Shown one piece after another: positions 43,758-57,136 of a DNA stretch of 64,000 nt; the first letter of the stretch is position 1, and each line of letters starts with the position of its first letter. A program made the position numbers and the translations under genes. The stretch is from Octopus vulgaris. Lineage: Eukaryota. The stretch spans positions 72,478,001-72,542,000 of the forward strand of contig OX597828.1 of assembly GCA_951406725.2 (NCBI GenBank), in the 5' to 3' direction. The notes beneath the pieces were generated by a model. It ran no database searches. It was not told the DNA's origin and saw only the letters and a list, made by a program, of their open reading frames with translations.

Positions 43758-44273
43758 CGAGGTGGTATCAAAGGGTTCCCGTGTTATGTTCAATAAAGAA
43801 ATAACTTATTTACCAAATTTTTAACATCATCTCTTTCGAAAGAGTCCCCTTGCACAGCAATACACCAGTCCAGTCGTTCCTGCCGCTTTTGGAATCCGGT
43901 CTGGAAGTCGATTTCCTTCTGCAATTCACTGTAGATCTCGATAACGGTGCTAAAACGACGACCTTTTCATCTTGGGAGAGAGAGATAGAAGTACGCAGGT
44001 GCTGAATCAAGTGAATAGGGCAGGTGCAGAAGCGATGCCATGTTGTTTTTGGCTTGAAACAAACGAGTGAGAAGAACTCGGCGATAGGATGCATTGTCAT
44101 TGTGAAGAATCTAGATGCTAGGATTACTTGCATGGACCCACACGACAGGCCTTACAAAACCAGCAATGTCGTTGATTGTCCTTCGACAATCCTCATGCAC
44201 AAACCGATGAATTATGTCCATATTTCCGAGGGTGACGCTCGTGGCAGGTCTTCCAGAACTCTCATCGTCTTCA
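43758..44273 (-). pseudogene. Decayed mariner transposon (D,D34D transposase remnants, one TIR)
   Basis: Minus-strand pieces read EDDE.SGRP (HTH region), LHNDNAS, LLHLPYSLDSAPAYFYLSPKMK (the YSPDLAP motif) and FQKRQERLDWCIAVQGDSFE. A TA plus CGAGG.GG TIR is at 43756. Confidence 0.85.
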
Positions 44274-46413
44274 TACTCTCTACTACCATTGACACTGACT
44301 GACAGTATTTATAACTACCAACACATACCACTCGTCTCGTGGGAGGGGTGTCCCAAAAATTACTATTATCCCCATAACATCTCTCCTTTTAAGTTTTCCT
44401 TTTTTTTTTCTTAGGGAATATAATTTTATTTCTTTTAATAGCTATAATTTTTACATTACCCCATCTCCCATTTTTGAGATTTTTCTTTCGTTTTTTTTAT
44501 ACAATTACAAATTTAATATTTTTTTCGTTTGGCATCCACTTCCAGGAACTCCGTAATTTTCTTTTTCTTACGCTTTTGCGTCTGGATTCAATTATTCGTA
44601 GTGGCGTTGGTACTTGAAAAGTATGATATAACCATTCCATTGGTTCTTCCATTCTCTTGGGTTCGCTCTCAACGAATGTATATCAAGTATGATAATCATG
44701 CCATCTTCCCAATTTTGATTTCCGTTCTTATATGCCCTAACAAATATCTTTTCACCAGTTTTGAAATCTCTTGCTGTATTTTCTCTTCCAATTTTTCTTT
44801 TCTTGCCAGGCAGCAAGTTGTCGAAGACTGTTGTTATTTTCCTTGCAAACATTAACTCCGCTGGTGACATGTCTGCTAGTGAGGTTGGTTTTGGTGTCAC
44901 GCGGTATACTTTTAAGAATTGTTGTAGAGTTACCTCATCTGTGACTTCCTTATTTGACTTTCTTAGGGCTCTCTTGAACGTATCAACAAAGCGTTCTGCT
45001 TGTCCGTCAGATCTGGGATCGTATGGCGCTGTGGTTACATGTTCTACAGCGAATGTTTTACAAAACTTTTTAAACTCGAAAGACACAAATTGCTTTCCAT
45101 TGTCAGGCAATGTTGGTTGAGAAGGTTGGATTTTTGCCCTTATAAATTTCTCGCCATTTGTCGAACTGCATTTTTAAACTTATATTTTCAATTTACACAT
45201 TTACAAATTTCTTCTTTGTTATATTACTAATTTCTTTCAACAAAATCTTGTTTATTCTGTTTTCTTTATTCCAAAGTTTTGTCATCTTGGTTCTACAGTG
45301 CTCTTTTCAGTGTCAAATTTCTCCACAGCGGAAACATTCCGCTTTCTTAAATGGGCAGTTTTTTCTCCGGTGTAGAACTCCACATGCAAAATATAGTTTT
45401 GTTTCCTGATGCTTGTCCTGTTCGTACTATATTTTAGTACACACTTGATTTCTATTCTTCGCACTTGGGAGCAATTTTTATGTTCAATTTTCTGTGTCGT
45501 GTCTTAAATTTACTCTTCTTTCACACTCTTCTAACTTCTTGTAAGGTTCCCGCCTGGTTTTGTTCCACCTTGGCGAGAATTCTTGTTCTTCTGCTTTTTT
45601 TTCTGCAGTTAGTCCCTGAGCAAATATCAGGCATTTGAACATATCTGACGTTGACTCGTCCGGTTTGAACTTTTTACATCCTCTGTTATCTCTACCAGCA
45701 TATGTGATGTAGTCCTCCACCTTGTTGCTCTTTTCTAGGTTCAAACCTTTCCAGCCTGTATTGAACGACGAGCTTTTATCGCTAAAAGGTTTATGCAGTA
45801 TGTCAATTGTAATTTTCAAGTTTATGTCAGAAGGTTTTTTTCGGGAGTACGTAATTGTTGTAACGCACTCTTTATCAAAGATTTGTTCGTATTTTCTATA
45901 GCAAGCCTCGAGGGTAACTCCTTCATCTGGATCATACCTAAACTCTGTTATTGAGTTTTAAACATAATCTGTGGAGAACTTTCTTTTAGCATTTTCTGAC
46001 CACTCACTATTCGTTAATTGCAGCATTTGACGCTGTAATAGTAATCGTTGTTGTTGTTGCTGCTTCTGCTGTCGTTCTTTCAGTTGTTGTTGTTGCTGTT
46101 TTTGCAACTCGAGCAAACCGGTCAATAAATCTTCTTCCACAATTTTACGATTTGGTATACCCTAAAATTCGCAGAAAAAACTTTTGTGAGCTTCATAACC
46201 CCTTGTGAGTTTGTTAATTCCTCGTCGCTACTGTTCTAATCCGCTGTCGGACTGTTGTAGCGCCCACTGCCGAATAGCAGTATAGTAAGTTAGACAAGTA
46301 AGACCTCCACTATCTAATCCGTACTCTCTACTACCACTGACACTGACTGGCAATATTTATAACTACTAGCGCATACCAGTCGTCATTGTCCCTATAAAAT
46401 TATCCCTGTAACA
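44274..46413 (-). mobile_element. Internally deleted Gypsy/Ty3 LTR retrotransposon
   Basis: The 5' LTR (46413-46232, TG...CA) is followed by PBS-like TAGCGACGAGG. The PPT AAAAGGAGAGA precedes a truncated 3' LTR at 44379-44274. Gag remnants at 45120-46140 are joined to integrase, with PR/RT/RH not seen. Confidence 0.85.
44592..45110 (-). pseudogene. Retroviral-type integrase core fragment
   Basis: DNGKQFVSFEFKKFC...HVTTAPYDPRSDGQAERFVDTFKRAL...YRVTP...SPAELMFARKI. Confidence 0.92.
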
Positions 46414-46757
46414 CAGAATCTATGATAGAAAACTTTTGCTCAAAGAGTCGAGTGGTGGAAAAGAACCTGAAACCGCATGGTTGCAAAACGAATCTCTTAA
46501 CCACAGTGCCATACACCGACCATATGAAATATGTGATTGCAAATCGTGTGAGAGCAATAAAAAAACCCAGCTTCTTGGCTTGCTTCCAAGACACACGAGC
46601 CACAATAGATAAATATGGCATGAAATCGGTTTATTGAAATATCAATACAATTCCATTGTTTTGTACCAAAATTAAGTGGCTCTGTCTGTGTTGTTTACAA
46701 AGAAAGGAATCTGTGTATTTTACGGCAAAATTGGTTGTGTTTTTATCGGTTTTATTT

Positions 46758-47120
46758 GCGCATGCGTGACTGTGTGGTAAAGCGCTTGTTTCCCGACCAC
46801 ATGGTTCCGAGTTCAGTCCCGCTGCGTGGCAACTTAGGAAAGTGTATTCTACTATATCCTCGGGTCGATCAAAGCCTTGTGAGTGTTTTTGGTAGACGGA
46901 AACTGAAAGAAGCCCATCGTATGTATATATATATGTATGTCTGTGTGTGTGCGTACGTGTGTGTATGCGAACACATATGTGTCCGTGTCCCTCACCACTG
47001 CTTGAAACCGGTTTTGGTATGTTTACGTTCCCGTGTCTTAGTCGTCCAGGCTTCAAAAATTATTCAAAGGGGTGCCCTAGCATGGCCGCAGTCCAATAAC
47101 CGAAAGAAATAAAAGAACAA
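46758..47120 (+). mobile_element. SINE family A, diverged
   Basis: Collinear with family A. Confidence 0.8.
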
Positions 47121-47390
47121 AAGACAAACCGTTGGTTAAGACAGATCTAAAAGAGGATGAAAGTTCGACCAGTTAGAGAAATCAAAATTTCTCTCAAGGA
47201 CGATTTAATATAAATATGTTATAAAAACTGCTTTAAAACAAAGTGATGTTATGTTGCCAACTTAATGTGGCAGTCCCATGAAAGGGAAGAATGCTACTGC
47301 TATTTAGCCCTAGGAAACATCGTTTCGTGTTGGACTTGACACATTTCCTGTGTCCTCATGTTTTCGAAGTGGAGACAAGCACCTCCACCC

Positions 47391-47460
47391 AGCAAAGCCA
47401 GCACCAGAGACTAGTTTCAGAGTCATTGCTCATCATCAGTCTGGAGTAGAATGGCTTGCT
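47391..47460 (-). ncRNA. Type I hammerhead ribozyme with extended stem I
   Basis: Minus strand: AGCAAGCCA ttctact CCAGA CTGATGA t GAG caatga CTC t GAAA CTAG TC TCTGG tgc TGGCTTTGCT. The GUC site falls between 47409 and 47408. Confidence 0.85.
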
Positions 47461-47777
47461 AGAATTCGATGAGTATTCGTCTTTGACAACATAAATATTT
47501 CAAGTGAAATGCATTCACTGATTGCCTTAAAACAATTTACCTGAAAATAACACCTAATAAGCGAAAGTTACTTTAAATATTCAAATGAGAGCATCGTAGT
47601 ATAACAGACACACACTGGATAACGCAGTTCAAGATGGAAGACGGAAAAAGAAAAGAAAAAGAAAACTTTCTCTCTCTCTCACACACACGCACACGCGCAT
47701 TCACACACGCACAAAGAGATGGTGTGATCATGGCTAGACTATCTGTGATCATAGGTCAAACCTGGAGCTCAACATCA

Positions 47778-47844
<67 letters not shown>

Positions 47845-47916
47845 GTGATCACCATCATTAACAACAACTATAAGAACAAGAACCACGACGACGACAGCAG
47901 CAACAGCAGCAGCAAC

Positions 47917-47950
<34 letters not shown>

Positions 47951-49974
47951 ACAACAACAACAACCACAGCTACAGCCACACCAACAACGACCTTTGCTAC
48001 ATTTCGACATGCAGCTGTGTAGCTAGAATTCCGAAGTTGCATCAATAATGAGTTTGTTTAAGGATAAAGGAATTAGACTTATCTCTCTTGGCTGACAAAA
48101 CTGTAGGATTGATAGCAGTCGAATAGAATTAGTAAACCATTGTTTTATAATTTAGTTTGAAGATGGCGAGCCATGCCCATAACTAATCTCGATCAGCGAA
48201 ATTTGTAAGTTTGTAAATGTTTTTATGCTGTAGAGAGAAAGTGGAATCTGATGTTTTGGGATTGACTTGTTGTCTTAGAGAAAGTTCTATGCAAATTTTA
48301 CAAAAGAGCTTCACGGTAGAATAATATTTTTATAGTCGCGGGCCATTGTCAGCTTTTCTTTTATGACAGAAGTAAATTTTTATGTACTATTTTAAACTAG
48401 TGACTCTCAAGACAGGAAGTACATGGCTCCGAAGGAAGAATTTTAAAGGAATTTTAAAACGGTCAAATTTTAATAATGGGAAGAAATCCAAGCTGGAATT
48501 GTGCACACTGAAACGGTAATGTCAATAGTGTATGGTCTATACAATTAAAATTGACATGGACGATTCTTTCTTGTATTGGGATTCACGGTCAAACGCCTGG
48601 GTGGAATTGCGCGAAAAATTACACAGATGTATAGAATGATCCGGTGGTGATGCTGGGTTTTGTATTTTTGTCATAGCTCCCATGGTTACCGATATTATCT
48701 ACTATAGTAATACTCTTGTGTTTATGAATAAGGAAGGAAGAGGTGCTGTCATGCTTGGTAGTGGGATGATGAAAACTGTACGCTGAAAAAATAAATCAAA
48801 CAACGTTTCAACTCTGTGTGAGTATATGTGTGTGTATGTAAGGAGGGGAGGTATGTGTGTGTTTGTTTGTGTTTGTATGTGTTTTTGTGTGTGTGTGCGT
48901 GTGCGTATGCAATGGCAGTGGGATGGTTCATCTTTGTTCGCTCAGTATTTGGGTTTATTTTTTGATTTGGTTGAATCTTGGTTGTTTTTTTTTCTTGTTG
49001 GTCAGTTATTTTTAGCGTTTTGACAGAAAAATGTCATTCTAAAATTATATTTTGACGTAAGCGTGCCCAAACAAGTCGAATGCTTATACAGAGCAGGTTT
49101 TACAGCCACATCATCCAAACCGATCGGGTGAAACCGGGCTTAGCTGCCAGTTAAATATAAAACGAACGTCTATAAACACATCTGAATAAAAGCGATCACG
49201 AGTCAACATTTCACCGTAAATAATTGTCATAATAAAACTCCAAGAGCACGATTAAAGGCGAGAATGAAAACGAAGACATCGAAATTCATCCATTTTGCTT
49301 TCCAGCAGATCCGAACGTGAATATGTTAATTGTTGATGTGCTTCGTCACTGGAGAACCTCTGCTTTCCGACGAATGAGCGTTCATAACATACTCGCCTCA
49401 TTAGCGTAAGAGGACTTCGTGGCGACAGATGCTTCGATATCTTTGTGTCTCCTCTGCCCAAAGCTATCTCGGAATAATGAATTTAACAAGAATTTGCAGC
49501 TCTTATAAATTTAGTTAAACAAATTATTTGCTGCTGCGTGCTGACACCCGCCAAATGATAACAAATGGTTATGTTCAGAACCGTTAATAAATGTCATTTT
49601 ACACTTAATTCCGTTTAGAGAATATTTAATTATTGAGTTTAAAAATGTCGTCCATATTAATATAATTCTCGACAGACTATTAACAGTTCTGGTTGTTACA
49701 AGTTGCTCTTTCCCAAGGTATAATGTACCTGTATAATGTTGTTACATACATTGACTAAAGTACGAAGACGCCTTAACATTTGTGTGAGATAACCTTAGAG
49801 AAAAACTAACAGGGTTTCTTCTTCGGTTTTCTAGCCTAGTTTTGCTGTATACAGGCCACAGTAGATATTAAAGCAAATAGAAATTATTATCCTCTTTTAT
49901 TTTCTGATGGCTGTCCCAAAGACATGCTTAGGCATTCAGTCAATTATAAACAAGGATTTCTTTTCTCATTTCGT

Positions 49975-50370
49975 TGCATCCCAACCACATGGTTCCGGGT
50001 TCAGTCCTGCTGCATGGCACTTTGGGAAAATATCTTCTGTACTAGTCTCGGGCCGACCAAAGCCTTGTGAGTGGATTTGGAAGATGGAAACTGAAAGAAA
50101 CCCATTGTATACATACACCGGTGTGTGTTGCGTGCGTGTGTGCCTGTGTGTGTCTTTGCGTCTCCCCACCACCGATTGACGACCGGTGTTGGTGTATTTA
50201 CGTCTCCGTAATCTAGCGGTTTGACAAAACAATCTGGTAGAATAAGGACCAGACTAAAAAAAAGAATTATAAATACTGGAGTAAGTCGATACTTTCGACT
50301 AAAATTCTTCAAGGCGAGGCTCCAGCATGGCTACAGTCTAATGACTGGAAGAAGTAAAAGATAAAAAATA
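49975..50370 (+). mobile_element. SINE family A, diverged
   Basis: Collinear with family A. Confidence 0.8.
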
Positions 50371-50447
50371 AAAGACAGATTGTTCCAATAATTAGTACTG
50401 AATGAGTAAAATGGTGAAAAAGATTCCTTCGTGACTGTTTTCATCAA

Positions 50448-50523
50448 GGGGGAAATGGAACAAAACTGGGGGGGAAATGGAACAAAACTGGGGGGAAATG
50501 GAACAAAACTGGGGGGGGAAATG
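50448..50523 (+). repeat. Tandem (Gn-AAATGGAACAAAACT) x3
   Basis: G5, G7, G6 and G8 runs separated by an identical 15-mer. Confidence 0.9.
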
Positions 50524-51124
50524 TTGGAACTAAAAGAAAACAAATATAACCTGTGACCGTAAGAATTTCTTTTCTAAACCATTTTATATTGATGTAGGTA
50601 GGATTGAAGTTAAGTAAAATGAATGAAATTCATATGGTTAATGATGAACTTGAAACTTGTAAGGAAATAATTGAAGGGCCGGATGATATATGAGCAACAT
50701 CCAGGAAACGCTTTTGCCAAATATTTAGTTCTGAGCCTTGGAGAAAGTCTTTTGGAAGTAATGGAAATGCCATTTGTTTTCCATGATTTTTTCCCTTTGT
50801 TAGGCATAAGAGGGGGATTGCGGAGCAGCCATTTCGAAGAGGTTGATCGAAAGAATATTGAGTTAGAAAACAAAGATGTCGATAAGTTGATCAAGTGATA
50901 TCTAAGGATGACAGAATAGCAGAATGGCTGAATGGCAGAATGGCAGATATAATCAACGGAAAGAAATTGAAGAAAGATTCTAGAATTAATAGGTTTGTCA
51001 AAACACGTGATCAAATTTATGTTTCATTTCATGGTAGAGTGAATATATTCTTCAGGAATCATCTAACAAATATAGAGACTTAGTGAGTCATTATGACAGT
51101 ATCTGCCTGTCTGTCTGTTTGTCT

Positions 51125-51463
<339 letters not shown>

Positions 51464-51732
51464 CTACACCCTGTCAAGATTATCTCTCTGTGGCATTATC
51501 GACCTTCGTCCTAATCGTCCTGTCTTTAAGAGACAGAAAACATTTATTTTCCAGCGAATAATTTGCAGTATCAGTCGGTTCACCTTTTGAAAAAAACTGT
51601 CAGGATTTTATTTTGATAGTTTCTTCGACATATTAAATAAACCCAGAGCTTCTCATGTTTGCTTACGAATATAAATTCTATAATTGCTCTTTTCTTTCGT
51701 TTCTGGAATGAAACACCCACCCCAACACACAC

Positions 51733-51794
<62 letters not shown>

Positions 51795-52342
51795 TAATGT
51801 TTGTTTTTATGTTCATACATAATAAAAGCAATTTTGTTTGTATTAAACTGAGGGAGTTACTCTATACTTTAGTCGAGTAAAAATTCGTTATTCTTATATA
51901 AGATTGTTGTTGACATTGACTTCAAAATTTCTGCCAGCTAAGTCACTATCAATAATAATATTGTTTAAGAATGATATATAAATTACAAGGGAAAATGTGA
52001 GCAAGAGAAATAATATTCTTAAGAACTTTTCCAAGTTCTTAAGAATTTGTCTTTTACTTTTCCAGTTTTATAATTTTCAGAATATTATTTCTCTTGCTCG
52101 CATTTTCCGTGTAATCTATGTTTCTTTCCAGGCTATGCTAATTATGCTAATTAATTATGTGCCAAATGTGTCAATAAGCGGTGTTGTTGATATTTTTTCC
52201 TGACCTCAATGACGCCGGTGACATATATTAAAAGTCCCCTTATAGAACTATATTCATAAAAAGGTATAAAACTATATTATCACTCTCAAATTTGAGAAAC
52301 AAACACTTAAAATCCTTAAAAATCCTTAAAAATGTTTTAGCC

Positions 52343-52612
52343 CGAAGAATTTCATGATATCAATCTCATGCAATGAAGTTTTAAAAGAAGAAAGTTATGA
52401 GTGCCACGTATCAGAGGTGGATTCACATATTAGTGTAGCTCATTGTTTTACAAAAACAACAAAAATATTTTTTAAATTTTCTTGTTTAATTTTTGTTGTT
52501 TTTGTAAAACAATGAGCTACACTAATATGTGAATCCACCTCTGATACGTGGCACTCATAACTTTTTTCTTTTAAAACTTCATTGTATGAGATTGATATTA
52601 TGAAATTCTTCG
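52343..52612. repeat. 124-bp-arm inverted repeat with 22-nt loop
   Basis: 52343-52466 pairs with 52489-52612, with 3 mismatches and no indels. Confidence 0.95.
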
Positions 52613-53098
52613 AATTGAGCTCTATCATTTAAGCTTAATTAAAATAATTTGTTTTCAAAATAAAAAAAAGTTAATTATACTTAAATCAAATTTTTTGCCT
52701 TATATTGTTTTCATGATATTTTATATCACAACTTTTTTGATACACATTTTTGTTGCATGGGAACAAAACTATATAATTCTTCATGCTTTCTTCTATCATT
52801 GAAGCAAAAATAAATACATTTTGCTTTTAAAATAAAAATATAATTTGGACCTAAACTTGATTGGTGGCTTTACTTACTCTCCTATAACTTACTCTCCTAC
52901 TGGATCAAATCTCAATTTCTTTTATGCCAAAATATAGCTAGAGACCAAATTAACAGTTTTTAATTTGGTTGAGAAGTGAATTAGCGAAAAGCACTGAAAG
53001 CGCTGCGTGTGAGTAAATTGCAGCCTTAAGAATATTATTCAACTACGGCGGTAGTTGAATGATATATACACATGTATGTATGTATGTATGTATGTATG

Positions 53099-53132
<34 letters not shown>

Positions 53133-53136
53133 TGCG

Positions 53137-53185
<49 letters not shown>

Positions 53186-54475
53186 GTGTGTGTATGTATG
53201 AGTGTGTGTGTTAGTGTGAGTGTGTGTGTATATATGTATACACTTCCTTTTTGGAACGATAAATCTCGAAGCCTTCGACTTTATATAAAAGAGCTTTTAA
53301 ACCTATTCTTTGCAAGCTTTTATTCAGAGATTTATGTGCTTCGACTTTCCCTGTTCCAAAAGAAAGAATTATTTCACGTTCCCTCGAAAGTTCATAAATT
53401 CTAACGACGTTAACATGCATGCATACTTACAATGCACACACACACACACGCACACACACACACACACACACACGCGCGCGCACACATACATACATACATA
53501 CATACGCACACGCACGCATACATACATACTCACATAACTGCATGCATATATACATACACGCACACACACACGTTTCATATATATCTACATAAGTCTTTGT
53601 CTCTCTTGTAAATGTCAAGTTCAAATGTAATTACAAGATAATTGTCTTAAATTTGTCGTTAACTGAAATAAAATATTTCGGTTCAGACCTAGGTCGAGGT
53701 TGCGTAACCCGAAGAACATTATAGAATTAAAGTGATCGTCGAAATGTTGACCAGATTAGACATATCGAATGATGAGTTCCATATTCCGATGACCATATTC
53801 CTGCATCTAGATTATCTGATCGGAACTATTCCATTATGTCTTCTGTAGACTACAACAACATCTTCCTCTTGCTATTTCTCCCTTTGAAAATAAAGAACAG
53901 AATTCCACACATTGTCTTAAACGAAATTCATCCCAAGAAATCTGTTGATAATTGCTTACTTAAGTCATGTAAATTGTGTTTTAAGAGACAAAGGAGCCAA
54001 AGAGCCTTGATTATATTTGTGCGGTTTAATGAAAATATTTTACGTGATTTAATTAGAAGAGGAAGAACCACATTCAGGATTCAGCTAAGGGCCCTTAAAA
54101 TCTGAGAGAGTGAGGAATGAAAGAGGAAAATATCCTCAGACCAAAAATGCTCGAAACAATGATTTCTGCTAAAAGCCCCTTAGCAAAGCCAAACCTAGAT
54201 TTACTAGTCGTTTGGGTTACAGAAATTGTGAGGTTGAGGAATATTTTCCAAAGACAAAAAGGTATTGTCAAAATTAAATATAATGCCTATTTTTGTATTC
54301 CTCAAACAGACCAGTCAAATTCCTGAAGTGAAGAATTTCTGGCAGAAATTCAGGTCTGGTGTTATCTGAGTAGATCTTGTGAGATTTGGCCTGTTGTTGA
54401 AATGTCCTTATCATTTATTAATGGAAATTCGACCAGGAAACGAAGCAAGGAATCAATATTTTCCTAAGCTTCATA

Positions 54476-54890
54476 GGCGGTGAGCTGACAGAATCGTTAC
54501 CACGCTGGACAGCGGCGTTTCTTCCGACTTCACGTTCTGTGTTCAAATGCTGCCTCGGTCGACTTCACATTTCATTATTTCGGCTTCGATAAAATAAGTA
54601 CCAGTTGAATACTGGGGTCGATGTAATCGACTTACTCCTTCCCTCGAACTTGCTCGCCATGTGCTAAAATTTTAAACATTTAAGGTAACAGAATCGTTAC
54701 AACGCCGAGCAAAAAGCGCAGCGGCATTTCGTCCGTTTTTACGTTCTGAGTTCAAATGCCATCGAGGTCAACTTTGCCTTTCATTCTTTCGGGGTCGATA
54801 AAATAAATGCCAGTTGTAGTATGGGGTCGATATAATAAATTTTTCTCTTCAAGCGAACTTGCCGGTGCCGTGCCAAAGTTTGAACTCCAT
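54476..54890 (+). mobile_element. Two tandem family B SINEs
   Basis: Heads near 54476 and 54685. A diverged minus-strand copy lies at ~55395-55605. Confidence 0.8.
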
Positions 54891-56084
54891 ATTTATCTCA
54901 TCCGCAATACAATGAGAAAGAGCTGATAATATATTGTCTATGATGGGTCGATACTCTTAAACTTTTCTCTTTTCTACAGACCAGGATTGTTGACTTACAT
55001 TCGTTTTCTGTTCCAATGCTTTCGTCGGTTTTGTTCATCACAGTATTTCTACATTTTGCACTGATCCAGCAGCTTAGATGAAAAAAAAAAAAATAGATAG
55101 ATAAAATCAAAAATCAAAATCAAGATATAGTTTTAAGAAGTCCAATCTTTTTTAAATCGAAAGCACGCATTAGCGGGTGCGATTTGTATTGCCTATTCGC
55201 CAGGAAGAGTGTTTTGTGTCTATGGCTCGCTAATTCGCAAAAACATCATTGTTTTCAGTCGTAAAGACAAAACCATGCGGCGCCGGCTTTCTGTGTCTTT
55301 CTGGAGTATTAAAGTGAAACAAAATCGCGTCCGCAGTGGATTTGAAGAGTTAATAACAAATCCAAGTTCCATTGCTGTACAAGATTAACCTTTGCTTCTG
55401 TAGGCACAAAGCTTGAAAATTTTGGAGAAGAGGTGAATCAAATATATCGACCCCAGTGCTTAACTGGTGCTTATTTTATCGACTTCGAAAGGACAAAAGG
55501 CAGAGTCGACTACAGCGAAATTTGAACATGAGCTCAGAACGTATATCCGGAAGAAATGCAGTTAATTATTTTGTCCGGCAAGCCAACGATACTGCCACCT
55601 CACCACATTATTGTAGAATGTTAATACTCAATACTACCCTGGCAAAATACACAAGATCGATACCAACCTTCATTCAGACATAATTAAAACATGACAAAAT
55701 TTAATTCATACATAAAAGAATGCAGGCTCTTGTCGATAGACTTGGCAAGTTGAAAATATACTACGAGACATTTACACTTCAAGTAATTATTTATGATTTA
55801 TTACTGGGTATCCTGTCTTAAACTCCCATCACAAATTAATCACAACAGTCAAAAGTTCATTATATATGAGATATCTAATTACACACAATAATTACTAATT
55901 TATTGCAGTAAATTTAATAGGCAACGTCAGTGTGCTCATTATTCGTATTTCGCACTCTTCCGTGTTGTGTTCGAGAAGACATTTATTGTGTTATAATTCA
56001 ACACCATTTTCATCCCTTACTCCCCCCCGGTACACAATACAGCATTTCTTTTTGTTTTGTTTTTGCCGTAGTAGTTTTAGCTTT

Positions 56085-56400
56085 CTGGCACTCCGTCGTT
56101 GACGACGACGAGTACCCCCGATCAATGATCCGATCAATGGAATAGTCTGCCCATGAAATTAATGTGCAAGTGGTTGAACGCTCCATTGACACCACCCTCT
56201 CTCTCTCTTTTACTCTTTTACTTGTTTCAGTCATTTGACTGTGGCCATGCTGGAGCACCGCCTTTAGTCGAGCAAATCGACCCCAGCACTTATTCTTTGT
56301 AAGCCTAGTACTTATTCTATCGGTGCCTTTTGCCGAACCGCTAAGTTACGGGGACGTAAACACACCAGCACCGGTTATCAAACGATGTTGGGGGGGACAC

Positions 56401-56405
<5 letters not shown>
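56085..56405 (-). mobile_element. 3' fragments of SINE families C (56085-56190) and A (56205-56405)
   Basis: Reverse complements of the respective tails. Confidence 0.8.
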
Positions 56406-56444
<39 letters not shown>

Positions 56445-56649
56445 ATTCACATAAAAATATCGTGTACATTAGAACACATTAAGAAGCTCCCAAATAGGAA
56501 AGCCTTGTGCTAGAAAGAGCAGTAGAAAACTCAAACCACTAATTATGGATAAATTCTCGAAAGGATTGAAAATTAAAAACGTTGAACTATGTAAAATGTT
56601 AGGAAAAGAGACCTCGCTATTTCTTGCAATACATACCAATACATACATC

Positions 56650-56770
56650 TAAAGAAACATTTTTTCAGGGGCCCTTAAAATAATATTATGGATCCCTAAT
56701 TTACTATATTCTTGTGGGGATCCCGCCAAAATATAACATGGTCCCTCTGGAGCTCGGTTGAGAACCACTG
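56650..56770. mobile_element. hAT-type MITE end (also ~60860-61188)
   Basis: Ends GGTTGAGAACCACTG, the reverse complement of the CAGTGGTTCTCAACC hAT/Charlie-type TIR. It shares ttttcagggg and the terminal motif with 61060-61188. Confidence 0.6.
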
Positions 56771-56829
56771 TTTTAGATGGAAAGGTCATAAATAGCGTCA
56801 GAGTGTCACATTTAAATCCTTCACAGCAA

Positions 56830-56960
56830 ATTTAGCACCGGTAAGAGATCAAGTGGGTGACCCATGTAACGCTACAAAGACCAACTGAAACAGGCGATGA
56901 AGAACGGCAGCATGGACCCTAAACGCAGCAGAAAGAATGGATCAGCATCACATCATCAAA
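56830..56960 (+). pseudogene. Decayed RTE LINE C-terminal fragment
   Basis: KRSSG*PM*RYKDQLKQAMK resembles the R..G...RYKD.LK motif. Confidence 0.5.
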
Positions 56961-57136
56961 TCTAGGCGTAGAACATTTTGAACAACATCGTCAAAGAAAT
57001 GAAAATAGTCGGCAGCGACGAAAGACTTCCCGAAAAACCGTTCCATTTTATATACAGCTTATTCATACATACATACATACATACATACATACATACATAC
57101 ATACATACATACATACATACATACATAAATAATCTA

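Noticed and set aside
47634-48048. Poly-His / poly-Asn ORFs
   Set aside because: (CAT)n and (CAA)n microsatellites with no continuous frame.
50448-50523. CRISPR-like regular repeat
   Set aside because: No unique spacers, eukaryotic context, and no cas genes.
53700-54470. Possible decayed LINE ORF2 segment
   Set aside because: Only faint similarity by eye, with no diagnostic motif.
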